Source: a virus
IMG/VR virus record: IMGVR_UViG_3300020193_000005
Span: 32,001-96,000 of that record
Length of the DNA: 64,000 nt
Direction: 5' to 3' (one strand)
The translations under genes were made by a program, and so were the position numbers. This document shows, piece by piece, positions 19,501 to 27,906 of this stretch (position 1 is its first letter; every line of letters begins with the position of its first letter). Below the pieces are notes generated by a model. That model was given only the letters and a program-made list of their open reading frames with translations, searched no databases and had not been told where the DNA came from.

Positions 19501-22500
19501 AAAGAGTAAAACAATTTATCGCCGCTTACAGAGCAGTCGACCCGAACTTTACCGATAACGATTTTTACGACATCATAGAATTGATGGCCGGAAGAGAAGC
19601 CAGATACAGGTTGCAACATCCGAATCGGCCGAGTCCACCTCGGGCATCGGCCGCGCCGAATAGAAATTTGATCGGTGCGCCACCCGCTCAAGCGCGACAG
19701 GCATCCCCGCCCCAGGCACCCCCTGCGCTGGGCGGAGGATTGGGTCCGGGCGGAACTCCGCCGCCACCCGGTGGTGGTGGTGGTGGTGGTGGTGGTGGTG
19801 GTGGTGGTGTTACGCCGTCGCCTGGAGGAGGCACGCCGTCGCCTGGTACGCCGTCGCCTGGTACGCCGTCGCCCGGAGGAGGCACGCCGTCGCCTGGTAC
19901 GCCGTCGCCTGGGGGCGGTACGCCGTCGCCTGGTACGCCCGCCAAAAAACCTCGCAAAAAAAGAACGCCGAAACCCAAGCCGGGCGCGCAAACTCCCCCC
20001 GCTTCGCCGACACCTGGCGGGCAAACTCCCCCCGCTTCGCCGACACCTGGCGGGCAAACTCCCCCCGCTTCGCCGACACCTGGCGCTACGCCGGCGACCC
20101 CTAATCAGTCGCCGCTGCCTCAAGGCGGATCACCCGTTCCGAGACCCAGACCCACGACTCAACGCCCGCCGCAGGCGAAGAGAACCGGTCCGAAACCTTC
20201 CTCAAAGGCGGATACAACTACGGTGCAGAAAGCCGGAGCCTTGTCTGCCGATATAGTACAAACGATAGCGGTCGGCGACCCGAACGATTCGCAGTGGTTG
20301 CAGAAATCTCTCGACTCGTTGGACTCCGACGATCAAGCCGCCTCGGATCATAGGGCAAGGGCCGTTCAGAAAGTCGATCGAGCGTTGGACGATGTTGTCG
20401 CGTGGGCGAACGGTCGGCTGCTGCCGAAACCGGTCGGAATCCATCCCCATTACCCCATACAAATAGTTGCCGGTCCGGACGACAACCCGGCCGTGCGAGA
20501 GCTTAGACAGTCGACCGGTCCAAAAGACTTGTTGGACAGAATGGATCGACTCGGATACATCGTTCTCGATACCGAAACGGCGGGTCCCGACCTCGAGATT
20601 CACGGCGGAGCAATATTCCATTTCTACGCCAAAAAAAGAAATCCGGACGGCACCGTCGAGGAGCTTGATCTCTACATCAAACCGACCGTCACTCCGGCGA
20701 TGCCAGTCGATCGCTATCCGGACGCTTTCGAAACCCTTCCCGACGGAACGAGGATAGCGCGACTCTCCGAGGAGTTGACGAGCGGTCCCCAAAAAATGCT
20801 CGACAGAGCCGAATACGACAGAGCCGTAAGCCAGGGAATCGACAGAACCGAAGCGGCGGCGAGAATAGCCGCGTTTTTGAATCCCGATATGCCGGTCGTG
20901 ACGATGAACGGAAACAACTTCGATCTTCCGTTGCTGGACGAAATGCTCGACGAAGGCAGGGCGGCCGGAACCGTCGACAACGACTTCGGGCTTATCGATC
21001 TAGCCAGCGTCGACTTGTTGGCGATAGGTCACAACCTTCTTCGGGGTCGCCACGAACGTCACGATAGAAATCGCAAAGTTGCCGACTTGGCGAGACGTCT
21101 ATATAACGGGGATAAGATCCCGAGCGGACCAGAACTAATCGGTCCGTGGATGACTTCCAAAATAGGATCTCCAAAAGGAAGCGTGGAAGGTTACAATCCC
21201 GCGACTGCGGATATAAAAGAATTTTGGTCGGAAGACGGAGTCAAACACTTCGTAGAAACCCTTCCGGACGGGACGAAAATCAAGGGCGAGGCCATGACGA
21301 TGCTCAAGACGAACAACAAATTGGACGCTCTCGCCAACTACGCGGGAGTCCGCGCCCGCGCGACGCACGACGCCAAGGTGGACGTGGGCAAAACCGAAGA
21401 AACGATGAGAGCACTTCTCGAGCAAGGCGAAATACAAGGAATGAGCAAATACGCCTTCGATCACGAGGCGGCCGCCAAGGCCCAGGAGGCGCTCGGAATG
21501 GGCCCACCGCAGGGAGGAACCCTAGACAGGAAACGTCCGGGAGACGTAAGAAAAGCCAAGGGGACGGCGCAGAGACTCGCCGGTGGTCCGGGAACGAGAT
21601 CGTCCCGGACGGACACCGATCTCGACTTGGAACAAGACGAAAGAGTCGACGCGTTCGCTCCGTGGCCGGATGCCGCCTCGCGGACGGGAATGTCGGCTAA
21701 CCCCAATCTCCAGGTCATCGAACCGCAAGACGGAATGACCTCCGCGGAGAAAAATGAAATGACTACGTTGCTGGAAAAGCTCGAGGGATTGGATCAAATC
21801 AAGCAAGTAAGAAAAGCGACGAACCTCACCCCGGAGGAGAGACAACGACTAAAAATTCTCCTGACCAAAGCCGCGGACGCCTACAAAAAAGCGAAAACTC
21901 GCATCAGTGATTCGCAAGGAGATTTGACCGATGACGAAGGAATCCGAGCTTGGTTGGCCCAACTTGCGAAAATGGAAAAATTCATGAAGGAAAATCCGGA
22001 TTTGTACAGCGAGGAGGCGATACAGCTGATGGTCGACGGCGTCATCAACGGGGCGGGAAACCTAACCCCGGAATCGCTCGTGGCGATGGAAAGACGCGTG
22101 AACGATTTGATTACGAAGCTCGGATATCAGGGAGAATTTTTTCAAGATATGGTCGCGGCTCATTTGTCCGTCGCGCTCGACAGGGCCGTGCGGGAAATGC
22201 GTCGCCGAAACCCGTCGCTTAGCGCGAACGAAATCCGCGAACTTCTAGGCATGGATCCCGACGATACTCCGTTGGTTGTGGCCATACTCGGCGACTCTGG
22301 GGCGATGCGATCGGCGCGAAGAATCGCCGGAACACGCAGAATCGACGATATCGCTCCAGACTCGGGGGCGATGCGATCGACGCCGGTAGTCGCCAGAAAC
22401 CCCGACTCCTCCAGAAAGACGGCGGAAAAGACGGCGTCGATCCTGGGGAGAGCCGAATCCGTCGGGGTGGATATCGACAGACAAGAAAGAGAAGTAGTCC

Positions 22501-24170
22501 CCCGAATGGCTCAGAATAGAAAAAATGAGATTTTGAATCCTCAAATACTGGAAAGAAACAAACAAGACATCATCCAGGGACAAAATTTGCCGGATCACGT
22601 TGACAAATTCGTCGATCGTGCGGTCGGCGAGGGGAAAACCGATTTAGAAATACTCCAAGATCCTATTTTGAAAAGCGCAAATTCCAAGGATAGCTACGGC
22701 AAGCGTTTGGGGTTGGCTAGGCGAATAGCTATCGCCCGCGGCGACGAGAAACTCGTCGAACAAATAGACGAGTTCGTGGACGAGTTGCAGCGTTTCACGC
22801 CCGAACAGTACAACTCGGCGCTAGAGGAGGCCGTCGAAAAATTCAATAGCCCGTTCGACGAGCGACCGGTAGTCCTCGTACAAAGCCCGCTGGAAATAGT
22901 TTCCTCCGGCAGATATCGGACCGTTCACGACGGGATGTCTTCGCAGAACAACGAGAACCCCATGACCCGCGGAACGAACGTCCCGGAATTACGGAGGACA
23001 GCCGAGTCGATGACTTTGAACATTCCCTTCGAGGACGACGAACAAATCAGGTCGCTCAGACCCGCGTCGGCGATGGTGGCGCAAAGAACATCCAGCGAGG
23101 CCAGAAACGCGAAACTGCGCGAAATTTACGGCGACGACGTGGAGATCATGCACGACGGCCCCTCGATCGGGAAAGAAGCAAACTTGGAAATCACGGAGGG
23201 AACCAGCGCAGAACAAAAAGGGCAAGGGCGGCAGTACGGATTCAGCTCCATCATTCTCCGCCCCGAAACGGCGAACAGAACGCTCGCCGTCGACGGGGAC
23301 GTGATAAGCGATCAGGGCGAATCTGGCGGCAGAATCTCCGCCGCTGGCGCAAGACTGACGAATCTTTCCCGAAAAGGCGAAATCGCCTCGCTGTTCTTCG
23401 ATCCGCTGGCGCTACTGTTCGAGGAGAGAACCGGAAGAAGGGACACCGTCGCCAGCGTAAGAAACAGTCAAAACAAAAGATACGTAGAGGGTATGGTTCT
23501 TGGGTCTTTCGAGGTTTCCGACATCGAATCGGTGGTGGCTAATCCGTTATACCTTCGCGGATCCGGCAAAATTTGGGATTTCGATAAGAAAAAAACGAAC
23601 TTGGTCGGAGTTACTCCGCAGGCTAGTTTCACGAACCTAATCGCCGCCGCCAGACAGCGCGAAGACCTGGTTGACCGGTACGGAATAGACGTGGTGATCG
23701 ATTCGCCGTATCTGCCGTTGGACGAGGTCGAACCGTTCAACGCCCAAATGACCGAAACCTGGGTGGGCAGAAAAATCGCAAACGGGGATTGGACAGGGGT
23801 CACGAAGTCGGATCTCATAAAAAACAGACGAACCACCCCGTACGAAGCGTTGTTGAGATATCGAAAAGTGTTGGCGGAACGAGAGGGAACAATGGGGCTT
23901 CCGATTTTTGATCACCCCGACAACGACTTCAGGGACGAACCAGGACAAGTCAAAAATTTCGTCTCCATGATTGACGAAGAGTTGGCGAGAATCGGCGGGT
24001 TTGGCGGGGTTTCGGATTCGGGAGCGATGCGAAGCGCACGGGTAAAGATGCTCATTCAAAGAATAAAAATGGGACAAATGAGCGTAGGTGAAGCGGCCGA
24101 GCAACTGGGCGTATCGCCGTCGACCATTTACGCGTTGATGAGGAAGCCCGCCGAAGCGGTCGGGAGGTGA
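16587..24170 (+). CDS. Giant putative polyprotein C (2527 aa). HExxH peptidase-like region, Pro/Gly linker, DEDDh exonuclease, DUF3626-like domain, C-terminal HTH
   Basis: HEPKH; IVLDTETAG/MNGNNFDLP/THDAKVD; GRYRTVHD..LRP..QYG..IILRP..NRT...GD..YVEG.V.G....DI; final HTH GEAAEQLGVSPSTIY. Four DSGAM-type motifs. Confidence 0.9.
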   Translation: MSPIFENIPPNSKVIAKHGSKVLFGLRNGSTALYDSKSGSFRRGDDADLMAMDDFSSSHNGEWADDRLRRFAASRKTLNLGSDISFKVVQKPRKSSSRDDVAQPQDLANMLPREFVNWARSYVPGQRLPISPPGYSGTDSCLGQNAGGRSSAKMPNADELTSMILRTYGFPQTAPVDATKEMRSAYEKGLLGRTIREMATPNILSMVAAARGLWVDRLNKIRCLGGPAANRFTNIFGVGCDIPSSPAELARDAASAAREAAGDASRAVGEAMERVGEARAGVGIAKERVGETIEATDEIPGDLSVTRMIGELRQSEQTLFDTDTGQMTRRAGGNQPLLINSANAVADETNKKATRRVLIHEGARRWINSWVERQKGEDPSNPLGVIRSAIRRRRSRQQATTTGALTPQQLNEQEVKLYAQGVIELIRLTDPELADELSEPSHLLNDINDPVAVRNAGNQNSKNVIEMMLTDALGPDAGRDRAKLQRYAANLFAIYQPYIEDRQNHPELKQTPVNFAPQKNLWETSNVVAFFTVPGFGGGRNQPLSNYVAPTPTNPGYAGSGMLDLLDRGEFPLFGMGYPGNNVVEAVTRSGVTPLDGYKHTTDSFYNKVVKNIGSGNAPFHGVYLFDSRLITEPESLMRLFDSPDGHLPVSGLSPAAVLQHTLEHEPKHLVAFSQRLRSNLGYTEAEWAERLGRQFKLGGSGLEDSRFGDPILGENPDHVYGPIDLFRDARSGTFIRRQVDELMIALRHPDYEGVVLPDGLRGWKSTDPVLNGAQKIALLWKFYANNISWDRTTAQNVQNLYALKAGKQAAAQLVAEIDESLKRRGFDDGVRRILQQAIREDLMYYEDGPLDRRRILGSSSEDALHQSINEAAIDAEIAQRISAGTPNPDRDQVINDLIAQGRVIPLGSRPDPGRPVTGPLSQHNRLSGQNRLTEKQIVLAQNFVGDAYAMSSAIELDAEFNTAIAQPDAPERVKQFIAAYRAVDPNFTDNDFYDIIELMAGREARYRLQHPNRPSPPRASAAPNRNLIGAPPAQARQASPPQAPPALGGGLGPGGTPPPPGGGGGGGGGGGGGVTPSPGGGTPSPGTPSPGTPSPGGGTPSPGTPSPGGGTPSPGTPAKKPRKKRTPKPKPGAQTPPASPTPGGQTPPASPTPGGQTPPASPTPGATPATPNQSPLPQGGSPVPRPRPTTQRPPQAKRTGPKPSSKADTTTVQKAGALSADIVQTIAVGDPNDSQWLQKSLDSLDSDDQAASDHRARAVQKVDRALDDVVAWANGRLLPKPVGIHPHYPIQIVAGPDDNPAVRELRQSTGPKDLLDRMDRLGYIVLDTETAGPDLEIHGGAIFHFYAKKRNPDGTVEELDLYIKPTVTPAMPVDRYPDAFETLPDGTRIARLSEELTSGPQKMLDRAEYDRAVSQGIDRTEAAARIAAFLNPDMPVVTMNGNNFDLPLLDEMLDEGRAAGTVDNDFGLIDLASVDLLAIGHNLLRGRHERHDRNRKVADLARRLYNGDKIPSGPELIGPWMTSKIGSPKGSVEGYNPATADIKEFWSEDGVKHFVETLPDGTKIKGEAMTMLKTNNKLDALANYAGVRARATHDAKVDVGKTEETMRALLEQGEIQGMSKYAFDHEAAAKAQEALGMGPPQGGTLDRKRPGDVRKAKGTAQRLAGGPGTRSSRTDTDLDLEQDERVDAFAPWPDAASRTGMSANPNLQVIEPQDGMTSAEKNEMTTLLEKLEGLDQIKQVRKATNLTPEERQRLKILLTKAADAYKKAKTRISDSQGDLTDDEGIRAWLAQLAKMEKFMKENPDLYSEEAIQLMVDGVINGAGNLTPESLVAMERRVNDLITKLGYQGEFFQDMVAAHLSVALDRAVREMRRRNPSLSANEIRELLGMDPDDTPLVVAILGDSGAMRSARRIAGTRRIDDIAPDSGAMRSTPVVARNPDSSRKTAEKTASILGRAESVGVDIDRQEREVVPRMAQNRKNEILNPQILERNKQDIIQGQNLPDHVDKFVDRAVGEGKTDLEILQDPILKSANSKDSYGKRLGLARRIAIARGDEKLVEQIDEFVDELQRFTPEQYNSALEEAVEKFNSPFDERPVVLVQSPLEIVSSGRYRTVHDGMSSQNNENPMTRGTNVPELRRTAESMTLNIPFEDDEQIRSLRPASAMVAQRTSSEARNAKLREIYGDDVEIMHDGPSIGKEANLEITEGTSAEQKGQGRQYGFSSIILRPETANRTLAVDGDVISDQGESGGRISAAGARLTNLSRKGEIASLFFDPLALLFEERTGRRDTVASVRNSQNKRYVEGMVLGSFEVSDIESVVANPLYLRGSGKIWDFDKKKTNLVGVTPQASFTNLIAAARQREDLVDRYGIDVVIDSPYLPLDEVEPFNAQMTETWVGRKIANGDWTGVTKSDLIKNRRTTPYEALLRYRKVLAEREGTMGLPIFDHPDNDFRDEPGQVKNFVSMIDEELARIGGFGGVSDSGAMRSARVKMLIQRIKMGQMSVGEAAEQLGVSPSTIYALMRKPAEAVGR
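19770..20090 (+). repeat. Low-complexity linker: (GGT)13, TPSPG(GG) x7, QTPPASPTPG x3
   Basis: GGT x13 at 19770-19808, ACGCCGTCGCC(T/C)GG units at 19812-19935, 33-bp units from 19989. Confidence 0.95.
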
Positions 24171-24174
24171 CGAA

Positions 24175-27045
24175 ATGATTGAATCCGCCACGCAAAGATT
24201 CATTTCGGCGATGGGCGAAATCGACGCGACCAGAATGGAATCCAAGAAAAAGTCTCTCGGTCGGGACATGAATCCGTACACCGCCAGGGACGCCGATTTG
24301 GACAGATTGGTCCTCGAGGGAATAGCACGCGTAAACATGGGTAGGGGCATCCCCGATCCGACGCCGTTCGGAAACGTCGGAGCGATGACGCGGAATCAAC
24401 CCCCCCCGGCGAGACCCGAGAACAGATTGCGCAGGGCGGTCAGGCGTTCCATGCGCGACACCCCGAAGAGGGTCGCGAGGGGAACCAGCTCATTGCGACG
24501 ATACCTCGAGTCGAGCGACGGCGTCTCGGGGAGGATGGCCTCGGAAAGACCGATCGATCAAATTTTCCAGAATTTCAAAAGGGTGTCCATCGACGAGATA
24601 CGAAGCGGCGTAAATTCAGTCGTCGGGAAAGTCGATTCAGTCATGGGGCAACGACCGAGAACGATCGGCGAAATATTGAGAAATCTGAAAAGTTTGGAAA
24701 ATCTCATCAACGGAATGAATCCGGACGGATCGCCGACCCCGAACGGAGAGAATAGGAATTTTCGTTTGCTTCCCCTTTTTTTCATGGCGTCCACACAGAA
24801 TGCTCTTAGGGAAGCGATGGGAGATAGATTCGACGGAGAAAAAACGATTCCGTCGAAGCACGACATCGGCGTGTACTACGCGACGGCGTACTCGATGCTG
24901 GAGAATCCGGAGGCTTTTCGGGACGTCGATTTCATAATTCAGCCGATGTCCATGCCCGACATCTTCGGTCATCCGGGCGCAGAAGGATCAGTTTCGATGG
25001 TTCCGTCGTATTACTCCTTCCACGCGCGGCCGCCGAAAAGCAGCGTTAGGCGTGAAAGGGGCGGCGGGTTCGATACCTCCGGAGTAGCCGACACCTACGT
25101 GGCGTTCTCGCCGGTCAAGGACTATAGCGAAGGTCTAATGATAAACGTGACCCATAATCCAAGGATCGTCGGCGGTCGACTGCCGGTGCTCATGAGATTG
25201 GCGATGTACGGAGAAGAAGGGGACAAAGAAACGGTCGTCAAGGGTTTCATTGTGCCGAAGTCGCAAACCGGAAAACGATCCGTTACCGAGAAGTTTCAGG
25301 AGACGGAATTCGTGCACGAACGGCGGACCGGCGAAAGGGCGACGTTTCAGAGACTTTTGAAGGAAGCCAACGATTTCATGGATGCCTATTCGGAAGAAAT
25401 TTCTCCGTCGTTCGTTGTGGAGACGACGGGACTTGACATAGTGCTTTCGCTGATCGAAGAGGCTCAACGAATTTTCAAAAAAGCGAACGACGCGTTGGCC
25501 GAAGATCCATCCGTTTCGCCGTCAATGGTGGAAGCCATGCGCGACGAGGGCAAGCGGCTTATTGATCTGGCCGACATGACGGCCTCCATGGCTTTGGCTT
25601 TTCACGAATTCGGTCACTTTTTTGACAAAGTTGGCGACTACAAAAATAGTCCCGCCTACCCGGAGGCGTCCGATACGGGGGGTAGGGGTTTGAATACCGC
25701 GTACGAGTACAGAAGGGATCTGGCGATACTCGAATCGCTGAAAAAGGGAGAACCTTCGCCGTATCTTGAATCCGTCGCCGAAGAGCTTATGCACGGCAAA
25801 GTGAAGAACATTTTGAAAAACTTTTTGACCACGTACGTCGATATGACGGCCGCCCTAACGGCAATGGAGAGATTGTCGCTGGTCAGATCCTCCCTGAATC
25901 CGTTGATCGGCGACGTGGCGAAATTGGTAAACGACAACGACGGTTTAGCCGGCTGGGCCTGGGTGAAAATGGTAGTGACCGGACAAACCAAAACGGTCGA
26001 AGACGCGGTTTCTACGATCAAAATGGCGGGGCTCGTCAAAGTAAACCCGGATAATTCGCCCTCCAGGGTCGAAGCGGAGGCAAGGCGAATCATAGGGGAA
26101 TTGCGAAAAATATTCAGCTACGGGGCGGCCCGTGGCGTCGCTTGGGATATGCGCTCGCGCGCGTCGCGCCTGTTGACCCCCTCGGCTTTTGCCGCGCAAG
26201 CTATGGATAACGAAAATTTTAATTCCCTTTTGGCCAAGGCGGACGATCGGCAAAGAGCGATGATGCTCGCAGTGATGGCGGACGCCCTGGTTCGCGGCTA
26301 CGACAACCAACTAAAAACATCCATAGAAGCCACGAAAGAGCGAATCATCGAAAACGAAAGGTTGTTCAAGGGTGAAGGAGAGGTGCCCGATAAATACATG
26401 GGACTAAGAAGAAACGCGTGGCTTTCGGAGTGGCTGTCCGGGCAGTCGTTCAACGTCGACGGGTATGCGACGGGCTGGAGTAGTCTCATGTCCGAATTGA
26501 TTTCATCCAATCCCGACGTCGTCGTTGAGTTTCTGGAACTATTCGGCAGAAAGAACGCGATAGACGGTTGGTTTGACGCCGACGGCTCCTTCAGTAAAAA
26601 AGAATTCGTCAAAAGGGAAATAACAAGAAAACACGTAGACCAACCCAGTTCGTATAGTCCGATTCTTCACGCCATAAATAACGCCGTAAACGGCAGGGGT
26701 TATTCCGGATGGAAGGATCTGACCGACGACGAATCGGCGACTTTGGCCGCCGTGATCGGGAAAATAACTCAGTATGCGGATCAAACGGATTACGACATGG
26801 CGAATCCGAGACCCAAGCACGTTCAGGTCTCAAACGCCGAAACTTACGCGGAACTCAACGCCATCCTAAGCCTGAATATTCTTTCCTTCCTGAATGGGTT
26901 GACGCAAAGAGAGAGGGACATCGCCCTAAAATTGCGTTCGCAGATGATGTCAAGAGTAAACGAAATGCGAGGACGAATGTTGCGTAATTCCAGGCGATTG
27001 CGAACCCCCGAGGAACAAATGCGAACCCCCAAGGAGCAAAGATGA
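24175..27045 (+). CDS. Large protein D (956 aa) with the shared leader peptide and a zincin-like metallopeptidase motif
   Basis: GGAGG RBS. Leader at 24271. NVGAM and VSGRM motifs. AFHEFGH with a distal QYA..NAETYAE. Confidence 0.85.
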   Translation: MIESATQRFISAMGEIDATRMESKKKSLGRDMNPYTARDADLDRLVLEGIARVNMGRGIPDPTPFGNVGAMTRNQPPPARPENRLRRAVRRSMRDTPKRVARGTSSLRRYLESSDGVSGRMASERPIDQIFQNFKRVSIDEIRSGVNSVVGKVDSVMGQRPRTIGEILRNLKSLENLINGMNPDGSPTPNGENRNFRLLPLFFMASTQNALREAMGDRFDGEKTIPSKHDIGVYYATAYSMLENPEAFRDVDFIIQPMSMPDIFGHPGAEGSVSMVPSYYSFHARPPKSSVRRERGGGFDTSGVADTYVAFSPVKDYSEGLMINVTHNPRIVGGRLPVLMRLAMYGEEGDKETVVKGFIVPKSQTGKRSVTEKFQETEFVHERRTGERATFQRLLKEANDFMDAYSEEISPSFVVETTGLDIVLSLIEEAQRIFKKANDALAEDPSVSPSMVEAMRDEGKRLIDLADMTASMALAFHEFGHFFDKVGDYKNSPAYPEASDTGGRGLNTAYEYRRDLAILESLKKGEPSPYLESVAEELMHGKVKNILKNFLTTYVDMTAALTAMERLSLVRSSLNPLIGDVAKLVNDNDGLAGWAWVKMVVTGQTKTVEDAVSTIKMAGLVKVNPDNSPSRVEAEARRIIGELRKIFSYGAARGVAWDMRSRASRLLTPSAFAAQAMDNENFNSLLAKADDRQRAMMLAVMADALVRGYDNQLKTSIEATKERIIENERLFKGEGEVPDKYMGLRRNAWLSEWLSGQSFNVDGYATGWSSLMSELISSNPDVVVEFLELFGRKNAIDGWFDADGSFSKKEFVKREITRKHVDQPSSYSPILHAINNAVNGRGYSGWKDLTDDESATLAAVIGKITQYADQTDYDMANPRPKHVQVSNAETYAELNAILSLNILSFLNGLTQRERDIALKLRSQMMSRVNEMRGRMLRNSRRLRTPEEQMRTPKEQR
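24271..24372 (+). repeat. Shared 34-aa N-proximal peptide, copy 2
   Basis: NPYTARDADLDRLVLEGIARVNMGRGIPDPTPFG. Confidence 0.95.
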
Positions 27046-27344
27046 CCGAAACGAACGAAATGCCCCCGAAAGAAGAGATTGATCCGCTCAAGCAGAGGGA
27101 GATGGACGTCGCCGACGACATGTTCGGTTTTGGCAGAAAGAGCGCTAAAAAGGTTTTCCTTTCACTATTGACGGACAAAATGATGGAAAATGGAGTAAAG
27201 CCGGAATTAGCGAAGGACGTGGTGCTCTCGTTGTTGCCGGATTTGACCGAAATCGAAAAAGCCATCAGCGAAAATATAAGCTTTGCCGATCTGGCGAAAA
27301 GATACGAAAATTTCATGGATGGGGAATTGAGGGAAAATGAATGA
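27042..27344 (+). CDS. Small acidic hypothetical protein (100 aa)
   Basis: ATGA overlap with the upstream gene; AAGGAG RBS. Confidence 0.8.
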   Translation: MTETNEMPPKEEIDPLKQREMDVADDMFGFGRKSAKKVFLSLLTDKMMENGVKPELAKDVVLSLLPDLTEIEKAISENISFADLAKRYENFMDGELRENE

Positions 27345-27906
27345 GTTCTTGAACTCAAAAGCCGATCCGCTCGGAGGTCTTTTGCCCCAGGAGGTCGTAA
27401 CCGGCGACGTCATGCGCGGATACGGTCCCAGAAGGGGAAATCTGGAGAGATTGCTTCGCTACTGGAGACCGATCATGAAGAAGCCCGGCGGATTCAGGAG
27501 GTGCAGGGTCATTCTCGCCGATCATCCCGAGCTGTATCCGCTCAACAACATATGCGCCTGGTTGCATCACGAAACGACCGGATTATGGCCGAACGAAGGC
27601 TGTCACCACCCGGGCATGAAAAACTGCAGAAGAAAACTGCGCGGCGTCGTCAACGGATCGATCTGGAGCGACTCGGATTTCAACGACAGGCTCAAGAAAA
27701 TTACGAGGAGAAGGGGAAAGAAGGATCTCAGATCCAGTGGCGGTATCGACGCGGCCCAGACCTACGATCCGTTCGTGCCGGTCATAACGGACGACGACTG
27801 GAATCACGCCTGGGTGGTTTTGGACGACTTCGTAAAGATGGAACCGACCTTCGTCGCGTACGTTTGCTCGGACGATAACTGGGAGATGTTCGATTCGGAT
27901 GTCTGA
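27337..27906 (+). CDS. Conserved phage head-region protein, Cys/His-rich
   Basis: GNLERLLRYW..PGGFRRC..CAWLHHETTGLWP resembles a motif I recall from actinophage head modules. Overlaps both neighbours. Confidence 0.7.
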   Translation: MNEFLNSKADPLGGLLPQEVVTGDVMRGYGPRRGNLERLLRYWRPIMKKPGGFRRCRVILADHPELYPLNNICAWLHHETTGLWPNEGCHHPGMKNCRRKLRGVVNGSIWSDSDFNDRLKKITRRRGKKDLRSSGGIDAAQTYDPFVPVITDDDWNHAWVVLDDFVKMEPTFVAYVCSDDNWEMFDSDV

